A DNA stretch of 61,342 nt from NCBI GenBank assembly GCA_041862415.1, contig JBGVTF010000036.1, positions 1 to 61,342 on the forward strand, in the 5' to 3' direction. Origin of the DNA: Anaerolineae bacterium (lineage in GTDB: Bacteria; Chloroflexota; Anaerolineae; E26-bin7). The notes under the pieces were generated by a model. The model worked only from the letters and a program-made list of their open reading frames with translations, did no database searches and was not told the origin of the DNA. Position numbers and translations under genes: made by a program. Position 1 is the stretch's first letter; each line of letters begins with the position of its first letter. Of this stretch, positions 23,468 to 30,926 are shown one piece after another.

Positions 23468-24214
23468 ATGAATGGGACTATACTGATAGGACGAGGGCGC
23501 CAAATGATCAAGATCCCTCGTAAGGAATGGGAAAAACATTTATCCACAGTTCCACAGCATAGTGAAACCAAACTCGGTTTTATGTCAGAGGAACATCACC
23601 TTGTACGCTATTTTGTTGTCAGAGAGCTCCCACGTACTGGGGAACCTATACAGCCAGAGTTCATTTCTCAGAAGTTAAAGTTGCCTCTCGCTCAGATAAA
23701 AGCCATCCTTGATGAGCTAGAGAAGAATCTATTCTTTCTGGTTCGAAACGAACAGGGGGCAGTGTCCTGGGCGTATCCTGTTACCGTTGACGATACGCCG
23801 CACCATTTAACTTTCAGTACTGGTGAACAGTTGTATGCAGCCTGAGCGGAGGATGCGATTGCAGCGCCCTTCGTGCAAGGGCGATTACGAAAAGAACATC
23901 TGTCAGTTGCAATAAGCACAGAATGTGCGCACTGTGCTCAGCCGATACACATCACGGTGGATAGCGAGTTGACGTATAGCGTCAATGAGGAGGGCGCTGA
24001 GCCCCTGGTCTTTGAACCTCACATAAACTGGGAGACATTTACCGAACCGAACATCATCCACGCATACTGACGCAATTCTGTATTCTTCTGGTCAGAAGAA
24101 CATGCAAGAGAATTTCGTGCCAAAGCGGATCATGTAGACGGTCTCTTCTTGACCTTGGAGCAAATTGCCTATTCAACGCGGATTGTTCAGGGTGCGCTTT
24201 TTGCGTTCAAATAG
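23468..24214 (+). CDS. MerB (alkylmercury/organomercurial lyase) family protein with two in-frame UGA codons (23843-23845 and 24068-24070); candidate selenoprotein
   Basis: A strong SD (aaaggag) lies 8 nt before the ATG at 23468. Three same-frame segments (23468-23842, 23846-24067 and 24071-24211) all retain MerB-like sequence. LYAA-[TGA]-AEDAIAAP aligns with LYAW-C96-ALDTLIFP, and HAY-[TGA]-RNSVFFWS aligns with SF-C159-CHVHFFAS, using MerB recalled from memory. Asp99 and Cys117 equivalents are present. Confidence 0.6.
23865..23883 (+). promoter_or_regulatory. SECIS-like hairpin 1 (CGCCCTT-cgtgc-AAGGGCG), 20 nt downstream of the first UGA
   Basis: A perfect 7-bp stem and a 5-nt loop containing GU. 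The loop begins 27 nt after the UGA. Confidence 0.4.
24083..24100 (+). promoter_or_regulatory. SECIS-like hairpin 2 (TTCTTCT-GGTC-AGAAGAA), 13 nt downstream of the second UGA
   Basis: A perfect 7-bp stem and a GGUC tetraloop. The loop G/U sit at positions 24/25 counted from the U of UGA, compared with G23/U24 in the E. coli fdhF SECIS as I recall it. Confidence 0.55.
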
Positions 24215-24578
24215 CTTGTTTGCCTGGGCTGAGCTCCATCGGGCGACTCTTACTCCAGTAAAAAGTCAGCGCTTTGCTGCTATAACGCTTGACATTTAAT
24301 GTGTTGCGTTATAGACTTCCTATATCAGAACCTTCCCGGAAGTGAAACTGTATGCTGCGACTGGTTAGTGGTCTGTCTTGCCGACTAACAACAACGCGAC
24401 GCTGCAGCCGAACGCTGAGCACTTCACTGGGGGGTGACGAGTGAAAATTAGATGAGTTACCCTGTAATACTCTTGGCCCTGAAGCATCTCTATTATTGAA
24501 AGTCCGCACGAGGAGACCGCCATCCACGACGAGTTTGCCCGGCGCTATCGTGAATATCTGCCTCGCATCCTCAACTTT

Positions 24579-25022
24579 ATGCGCCTGCGGGTGGACGATG
24601 AGGCCCTGGCTCAGGATCTGACCGCCGCTACTTTTGAGCAGGCCCTGGCCCACCTGGATCAACTCCGCTCGCCCGAGGCTTTTGGCGGCTGGCTGTTTCG
24701 TATCGCCCGCAACCAGGTGGCGCAGTATTACCGCCGACGCCGGGTGCACGTCCCGCTGGAAGCCGTGGCCGACCATCCGGATGACGCGCCATCGGTCGAA
24801 GCCCAGGTGGAGCGAAGCGAGGAACTGACTCGCCTGCTGGCGGCCATTCGCACCTTGCCGGAGCGTGAGCAGGAGATCATTGGCCTGAAATTTGTCGGCG
24901 GCCTGAATAACAAGCAGATCGGGCAAGCGATGGGGTTGCGAGCGGGCAACGTGGCGGTGATTCTTTACCGGGCGCTCCGCCGCCTGCGAGACCGGCTAGG
25001 AGAGGGGGAAAGGGATGCCTGA
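24579..25022 (+). CDS. ECF-type RNA polymerase sigma-70 family factor (the true start is probably upstream of the first ATG)
   Basis: Region 2 (DLTAATFEQAL...GWLFRIARNQVAQYYRRRR) and region 4 (LPEREQEIIGLKFVGGLNNKQIGQAMGLRAGNVAVILYRALRRLR) are present. The frame stays open back to 24483 and encodes sigma-like HDEFARRYREYLPRILNF without any ATG, GTG or TTG. Confidence 0.8.
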   Translation: MRLRVDDEALAQDLTAATFEQALAHLDQLRSPEAFGGWLFRIARNQVAQYYRRRRVHVPLEAVADHPDDAPSVEAQVERSEELTRLLAAIRTLPEREQEIIGLKFVGGLNNKQIGQAMGLRAGNVAVILYRALRRLRDRLGEGERDA

Positions 25023-25894
25023 TGGACGCGATGAGTGAACGCCAAGCGGCCCAACGGCTGTCGGGACGCATCGAGGAGATGCTGGGGATAACCAGGGACG
25101 AGGAAACAGCGGGAGACCTGCTGGACACGGCCCGGCAATTGGTTCGCCTGAGCGACCTGTTCGGTCGGCCGGATCCGACCTTCGAGCAGCAGTTGACGGC
25201 GCAGATCGAAGCCCGGCTGGCAGAACGACCACGCCGCCGGACCATCTGGCGTCCTCGCTTTGCCTGGCTCACAGCCGCGGTGTTGGTGCTCGTGCTGGCT
25301 GGCCTGCTCACTCCCCCAGGCCGGGCGGCCCTGGCCGAGTTCATGGCCATCTTTCGCCTGGACCAGGCCGAGGTGCACATCGCCGGGACGGTTCCCGTTG
25401 CCCAAGCTTACACCGCCACGGCCGAAATAACGCTTCCCGGCCTGCCCGAGGCGCAGGCGACCGTTGTGCCTCATACCTGCCAAGTGCCAGCCTACCTGCC
25501 CCAGGGCTACCAGTTGCACCGCATCAGCACCAGCCACTTTGACCAGTTCCCGGCGTGGGCGCAACCGCTGTTCATTGACGTGACCTACCGGCGAGAGACG
25601 AACGAGGCCATCTGGGAGCTCGCCTATCGTCAATATTTTATGTCGCTGGGTGGAGGCACCACCATTGGGAGCCTCACCTTCTCGTCAGAGGAGATCGAAT
25701 CAGCTCGTCGGGTGACCGTGAACAGCCATCCGGCGGTGCTCCTGACCGTACGACCAGCGAGTTCCGTCGGACAACCTGGGAGGGTCCTTCACCTGGTATG
25801 GGAACAGGACGGCGCGCTCTTTACCCTGACCACCACTGAGCTCTCGCCCGACGAACTTGTCCGCATCGCCGAATCTGTTGTGCCTTATCCTTAG
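25022..25894 (+). CDS. anti-sigma factor-like membrane protein with an extracytoplasmic DUF4367-like domain
   Basis: 290 aa. It is coupled to the sigma gene by a TGATG overlap. There is a single TM helix (FAWLTAAVLVLVLAGLL), and the C-terminus ...VWEQDGALFTLTTTELSPDELVRIAESV resembles DUF4367. Confidence 0.7.
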   Translation: MDAMSERQAAQRLSGRIEEMLGITRDEETAGDLLDTARQLVRLSDLFGRPDPTFEQQLTAQIEARLAERPRRRTIWRPRFAWLTAAVLVLVLAGLLTPPGRAALAEFMAIFRLDQAEVHIAGTVPVAQAYTATAEITLPGLPEAQATVVPHTCQVPAYLPQGYQLHRISTSHFDQFPAWAQPLFIDVTYRRETNEAIWELAYRQYFMSLGGGTTIGSLTFSSEEIESARRVTVNSHPAVLLTVRPASSVGQPGRVLHLVWEQDGALFTLTTTELSPDELVRIAESVVPYP

Positions 25895-26010
25895 GGTGCA
25901 TTTCAAATGGGTTGCAGGACAAGCCTGCCCTGAGCTCAGTCGAAGGGTTGGCATCTTGTCCCGGGGGCAACTTGCCAACTTGCCCTACGACTGATAAATG
26001 GAAGGAGCTT

Positions 26011-27822
26011 ATGGTAGCAGACAAAGGAGCGGAAAGAATAGGCGTCTCCGCCAGATTGACACCAGAACGTTCCACCGCGGCCCTGCCATGGCTCACGGTG
26101 GAGGTGGCTCTGTACGTTCTGATAGGAATGGTTGCCGCGGGCCTGCGCTTTTATGCTCTGGGGGCGCAGCCTTTGCGTGAAAGCGAGGCGACTCAGGCTC
26201 TGGCAGCCTGGCGATTCTCTCAGGGCAACTTGGAAGGTACGGCGGGCTATAGTCCCTTGCTTTTCCTGGGCAATGTCTTCGCCTTCGTCTTGCTGGGAGC
26301 CAGCAATGCCCTGGCTCGCCTGGTGCCGGCCCTCTTCGGCACGGCCCTGGCCGTCTTGCCCTATTTCCTGAGGCCTCGTCTGGGGCGGAGGGGAGCTTTG
26401 GTTGCTTCCATTCTCCTGGCCCTCTCGCCCTCGACCCTCTTCTTCTCGCGCTATCTGGGGGGACCGATTGTCGTCACCGCCTGTGTTTTGGCCGTGCTGG
26501 TCGGCTTCTTTGGCTACCTGGATAGCCGGCAGCCGAAATATGCTTATCTGATCGCTGCAGCTCTGGCCCTCTCTCTGAGCGCTGACCCCATGATCTACAC
26601 TTTCGTCCTCATCTTCGGCACCTTTCTGCTCCTTCTTGCCCTGATTGACAGACTGGCCAACGTGGACATGGGCTGGTCAGCGGTCCTGGCGGCCTGGCAG
26701 ACGGCGAGAGAAGAGACGGACCTGCTGAAAAAATCGGCCCTCGTTGTGGTCGCGGTCGTGGCGCTGGTCAGCACGGCTTTCCTGCTGAATTTCGCTGGCT
26801 TGCCGGCGGCTCTGGATTTCTTACCCACCTGGTTGGCCCAACTTGGGCCTCAGCCTGGTGATCAGCCATGGTACTACTATTTCCAGTTGTTGGTTCTTTA
26901 TGAGCCTCTCATTCTGATCTTGGGCCTGATCGGATTGGTCTATCATTATATCGGGCGGCGTGACCTCCTGACCACTTTTCTTCTCTATTGGACGGTGGCC
27001 GCTGCGGTCATCTATGCCCTGGCTGGACAGAAGGCACCGGGGAACGTTCTCCTCCTGGTGTTGCCCCTGGCGCTCTTGGCCAGCTTGCTGATAGGGCGTT
27101 TTTGGGATCAGTTGGCTCAGGCCGCTGCCTGGGGGGCAGAGGGTCTTTTCGTGGCCTTCTCTCTGCCTGTCGTGGTCTTCTTGGCCATCCAGTTGGCTGG
27201 CTACGCCTCCAGTGGCCAGACCGTCTATTTGTACCTGGCTCTCGTGGCCTTCCTCGTCCTGCCCACTCTGATAGCCCTTTGCTGGATGTGGTTGGGTCAG
27301 GGGCCAGCCTTGCGCTATGGTGAGATCATCTTGCTTTTGGTTTTGGCGATGCTCACAGTTAACCTCAGCGTGGGCCTGAACTATCACCGTGCCGCTGACC
27401 CCCGTGAGCCTATGGTGGCTGAGGCGACTTCGCCCGGTGTGGTAGACTTGGTGACGACTCTGGAACGAATCTCCAGCCATCAGGAAGGGGATCCTTACAC
27501 TATAGCTACTACCGTTGAGGAGGCTACAGGGCCCGTTCTGGCCTGGCATCTGCGGAATTTCAGGAATACGAGCTTTGTGGAGCAGTTATCGCCTTCCATT
27601 GAGACACCTGTTGTCGTCACCCTGGCCAGGGAAGAAGAACCAACATTGGGCGGTTCTTACGTGGGGCAGAGTTTTGCTTCGCAAGCGACGTGGAATCCCC
27701 TGGGGCTCACCCGGACCGAGCGTGTGCGCTGGCTCCTCTATCGTGAAGCGCCGACCCCGGTCGAGTCCCGTGACGTTGTGCTTTGGGTGAAACAGCAGGA
27801 GCAAATAGCCAATAACGAATAG
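26011..27822 (+). CDS. TIGR03663-like polytopic membrane protein (GT-C-related) with degenerate catalytic motifs
   Basis: It is paralogous to the N-terminal half of the next gene, but RESEA replaces HDESL and GYSPLLF replaces MHGPFLF. The ORF is open from a TTG at 25912; 26011 is the first ATG and has a very close SD, so the start is uncertain. Confidence 0.7.
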   Translation: MVADKGAERIGVSARLTPERSTAALPWLTVEVALYVLIGMVAAGLRFYALGAQPLRESEATQALAAWRFSQGNLEGTAGYSPLLFLGNVFAFVLLGASNALARLVPALFGTALAVLPYFLRPRLGRRGALVASILLALSPSTLFFSRYLGGPIVVTACVLAVLVGFFGYLDSRQPKYAYLIAAALALSLSADPMIYTFVLIFGTFLLLLALIDRLANVDMGWSAVLAAWQTAREETDLLKKSALVVVAVVALVSTAFLLNFAGLPAALDFLPTWLAQLGPQPGDQPWYYYFQLLVLYEPLILILGLIGLVYHYIGRRDLLTTFLLYWTVAAAVIYALAGQKAPGNVLLLVLPLALLASLLIGRFWDQLAQAAAWGAEGLFVAFSLPVVVFLAIQLAGYASSGQTVYLYLALVAFLVLPTLIALCWMWLGQGPALRYGEIILLLVLAMLTVNLSVGLNYHRAADPREPMVAEATSPGVVDLVTTLERISSHQEGDPYTIATTVEEATGPVLAWHLRNFRNTSFVEQLSPSIETPVVVTLAREEEPTLGGSYVGQSFASQATWNPLGLTRTERVRWLLYREAPTPVESRDVVLWVKQQEQIANNE

Positions 27823-27841
27823 CAAGGATAGAGGTTAAATC

Positions 27842-30800
27842 ATGCAGAAAATCACTGTTGAAAGAAAGAATGTCCTCGACATACCTTTACTGAGCCTGTT
27901 CAAGCTGGATTGGGAGAAGGCCATTTATCTGCTCATTCTGGTTGTGGCCATCGTGACGCGCTTCTGGGACCTGGGGGCGCGAGGCATGAGCCACGATGAG
28001 AGCCTGCATGCTCTCTATGCCTGGAAGCTCTACGCCGGTCAGGGCTACCAGCACAATCCGATGATGCACGGGCCCTTCCTCTTCCATTTCAATGCCCTGA
28101 TCTATTTCCTCTTTGGGGACAACGACTATACGGCTCGCATCTCCACGGCCCTCTTCGGGGTGATCCTGGTCATGTTGCCCTACTTTATGCGCCGCTGGCT
28201 GGGTCGCATTGGGGCCCTGCTCACCTCGGTTATGCTGCTCATCTCACCGTCTATACTCTATTACTCCCGCTACATCCGGCATGATGCTCTCATCGTTGTC
28301 TGGGTGCTGATTCTGCTCATCGCCTTCTTCCGTTATCTGGAAGAGAGGGCCGATCGTTGGCTGTACCTGGGGGTAGCAGCCACTGCTTTCATGTTTTGTG
28401 TCAAAGAGGTGGCTTTTATCTACGGAGGCATCCTCGGCACTTTTCTCGTTCTGCTGTTTCTGATCCAATGGCTGCTCCAACGGGACCGCCGTCCAACTGA
28501 ACTGCCTTCCTTTGACCTGGCTGTTGTGTTGGGTACTTTGTGCCTGCCGCTTCTCTCCCCCTTACTCATGCAACTGATGAACATCCTGTGGGGACATCTG
28601 TTGGGGCAGGTTTTCATTGACATGAACATCTTTACCGACCCCCAGCGTATTCCTTTGACCTTACAGAGCAACCCTGTGGAGGTGGCGCGTATTTTCCTGA
28701 TTTTCTTTGCCACCGTCGTTATCTCTGTGGTCATCGGGGTGTTTTGGGACCGACGGCGCTGGCCCCTTCTGGCCGGTATCTTCTACTTCATTTTTACCCT
28801 TTTCTATACCACCTTTTTCACCAACGGGGCAGGCTTTATCACCGGGGAACTGGGCTCCATGGGCTATTGGCTGGCCCAACAGGGTGTGAAACGGGGTGGG
28901 CAACCCTGGTTCTACTATGCCGTTCTGGTGCCCCTCTACGAGTTCTTGCCCCTTTTCTTCAGTGTAGTGGGCATCGTCTACTACTTTGTGCGAGGCATCC
29001 CCAAACGAGAGGGAGACTCTCAGACGTTTGTGCCCTTCTTGATGTATTGGGTGGCTTTCAGCATCGTTGGCTACAGCGTAGCCGGTGAGAAGATGCCCTG
29101 GCTCACCGTGCACCTTGCTTTGCCTATGATTTTCCTAACCGGTCGTTTCGTCAACGACGTTGTGGGGGAGACCGACTGGGGGCAGGTCTGGCGGCAGGGA
29201 GGGGCTATACTGGCCCTGTTCGTTCTGTTGCTCCTTGCGGCTCTCGTCTCTCTGGCCAGGAGCAGACCCTTTCAGGGCCAGGAGCTTTCTCAACTGAGTG
29301 CTACCATGCAATGGCTGGCTGCCCTGTTGGTAGCCGCCGTGCTGGTCTACGGCCTGTGGCGCTATGGGTTGCGCCTCGGCTGGGGACGTGTCCTTCGGGT
29401 GGTCTTTGTTACGCTTTTCGTCGTTCTCTCCCTTCTCACGGTGCGTTTCGCCTGGATGCTGACTTACATCAATTATGACTACGCCACCGAGTATCTGGTC
29501 TACGCCCACGCCACTCCCGACGTGAAACGGGTCTTGGCCGAGATCGAGGAAATCTCGCGGCGGACGGTGGGCGACAAGGAGATCAAGGTTGCCTACGACG
29601 ACGACTCTACCTGGCCTCTGGAGTGGTATTTCCGCGAATATAGAAATCGCTCTTTCTATGGGGCCAATCCGAGCAAAGAAGCCCTCGATGCGCCCCTGGT
29701 CATCGTGGGCAACAAGAACGAGAGCAAGGTCAAACCCTTCCTCGGCAACCGCTACCATCACTTCAGCTACCGTCTCATCTGGTGGCCCATTGAGAACTAT
29801 AAGAATGCGACCCTGAAGAAGATCATGGCTGACCTGCGTGACCCCCAGAAGATGGCGGCTTTCTGGGACGTTGTCTTCTATCGAAAGTACGAGACCCCCA
29901 CCACCGCCTGGCCCTATGTGCACCGCTTCTCTTTCTATGTGCGCAAGGACGTGGCCAGCCAGTTGTGGGACTATGGCGTCGGTCCTGCGGCTCCGGTTGA
30001 GATGCCTATGGATCCCTACGCCAAAGGACAGCGCAAAGTAGCCAGTATTCTGTCCTGGGGCAGCCAGGGTACGGCTCCAGGGCAGTTCTCCGATCCCAGG
30101 GGGTTGGCCGTGGACAGCGAGGGCAGGGTCTACGTGGCCGACAGCAACAACCACCGCATCCAGGTCTTTGATTCCAGTGGCCAGTTCATAACCGGGTGGG
30201 GCAGCCCGGGAGTTGGGCCGGGCCAGTTCCAAGAGCCATGGGGCGTGGCCGTGGACCAGGACGGCAACGTTTACGTGGCTGACACCTGGAACCATCGCTT
30301 CCAGAAGTTCGACTCGGAGGGCAGATTCTTGCTTCAGTGGGGCACTTTTGGCAACACTCAGGGGGCAACCGTTGGGCAGGAGAAGGTTTTCTATGGGCCG
30401 CGGGACATTGCCATTGACGCTGCTGGCGACCTCTACGTGACCGATACAGGCAACAAGCGGGTGATGAAATTCAGTTCCATGGGAGAGTTCCTTGGCCAGT
30501 GGGGTGGCCTTGGCCTTCAGAGCGGCCAGTTTCACGAGCCAGTAGGCATTGACATTGATGCCGATGGGAATATTTACGTGGCTGATACCTGGAACAGGCG
30601 CGTCCAGAAATTCGATAGCGACTTTGTCTTTCTGACCCAGTGGCCCGTCCACGGTTGGGAGAGCGAGTCGGTGATCAACAAGCCGTATCTGGCCGTTGAT
30701 GGAGATGGTCACGTCTATGTCACTGACCCCGAAGGCTACCGTGTGCTCGAATTCGATGCAGGGGGTACTTTCCTGGCCACCTTCGGCGAGTTTGGGGTAG

Positions 30801-30913
30801 GGGCTGGCGAGTTCAATCTGCCCATTGGCATTGCCGTTGACGAGTCGGGCAACGTCTACGTCGCCGACTCGGCCAACAACCGGGTGATAAAGTTCGGGCC
30901 GATAGGCGAATAG
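27842..30913 (+). CDS. TIGR03663-family GT-C-like membrane protein fused to a C-terminal NHL-repeat beta-propeller
   Basis: 1023 aa. RFWDLGARGMSHDESLHALYAW...MMHGPFLFH carries the family's DE and HGP signatures. The C-terminus has about six repeats of the type GQFxxPxGxAxDxxGxxYVADxxNxRxQKFD. Confidence 0.85.
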   Translation: MQKITVERKNVLDIPLLSLFKLDWEKAIYLLILVVAIVTRFWDLGARGMSHDESLHALYAWKLYAGQGYQHNPMMHGPFLFHFNALIYFLFGDNDYTARISTALFGVILVMLPYFMRRWLGRIGALLTSVMLLISPSILYYSRYIRHDALIVVWVLILLIAFFRYLEERADRWLYLGVAATAFMFCVKEVAFIYGGILGTFLVLLFLIQWLLQRDRRPTELPSFDLAVVLGTLCLPLLSPLLMQLMNILWGHLLGQVFIDMNIFTDPQRIPLTLQSNPVEVARIFLIFFATVVISVVIGVFWDRRRWPLLAGIFYFIFTLFYTTFFTNGAGFITGELGSMGYWLAQQGVKRGGQPWFYYAVLVPLYEFLPLFFSVVGIVYYFVRGIPKREGDSQTFVPFLMYWVAFSIVGYSVAGEKMPWLTVHLALPMIFLTGRFVNDVVGETDWGQVWRQGGAILALFVLLLLAALVSLARSRPFQGQELSQLSATMQWLAALLVAAVLVYGLWRYGLRLGWGRVLRVVFVTLFVVLSLLTVRFAWMLTYINYDYATEYLVYAHATPDVKRVLAEIEEISRRTVGDKEIKVAYDDDSTWPLEWYFREYRNRSFYGANPSKEALDAPLVIVGNKNESKVKPFLGNRYHHFSYRLIWWPIENYKNATLKKIMADLRDPQKMAAFWDVVFYRKYETPTTAWPYVHRFSFYVRKDVASQLWDYGVGPAAPVEMPMDPYAKGQRKVASILSWGSQGTAPGQFSDPRGLAVDSEGRVYVADSNNHRIQVFDSSGQFITGWGSPGVGPGQFQEPWGVAVDQDGNVYVADTWNHRFQKFDSEGRFLLQWGTFGNTQGATVGQEKVFYGPRDIAIDAAGDLYVTDTGNKRVMKFSSMGEFLGQWGGLGLQSGQFHEPVGIDIDADGNIYVADTWNRRVQKFDSDFVFLTQWPVHGWESESVINKPYLAVDGDGHVYVTDPEGYRVLEFDAGGTFLATFGEFGVGAGEFNLPIGIAVDESGNVYVADSANNRVIKFGPIGE

Positions 30914-30926
30914 TCTAAAAGGCGAT

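Noticed and set aside
23468-24070. Treating 23468-23845 and 23873-24070 as two independent small genes, as the ORF track suggests
   Set aside because: They are in the same frame, neither is a complete domain, and the second lacks its own SD. Together with 24071-24211 they reconstruct one continuous MerB-like protein, so read-through or Sec decoding (or a very specific pseudogene) is the better model.
23843-24070. Genome-wide reassignment of TGA (for example to Gly or Trp) as the explanation for the in-frame TGAs
   Set aside because: Many confident genes in the window terminate at TGA with coupled downstream starts (for example 4807-4809, 7090-7092, 25020-25022 and 61139-61141). TGA is therefore a normal stop here, and the high GC is unlike known UGA-recoded lineages.
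24289-24315. A promoter for the ECF sigma gene (TTGACA at 24289-24294 with TATAGA downstream)
   Set aside because: The spacer would be only 15 nt, and the hexamer lies in the loop of a 9-bp inverted repeat. I record it only as part of the islet boundary and do not call it a promoter.
25912-26010. The N-terminal 33 codons of the track ORF 25912-27822 as real coding sequence
   Set aside because: The ORF starts with TTG, and this segment is largely a copy of the dispersed CTGAGCTCAGTCGAAGGG repeat. The TM-rich protein begins after the ATG at 26011. The start remains uncertain.
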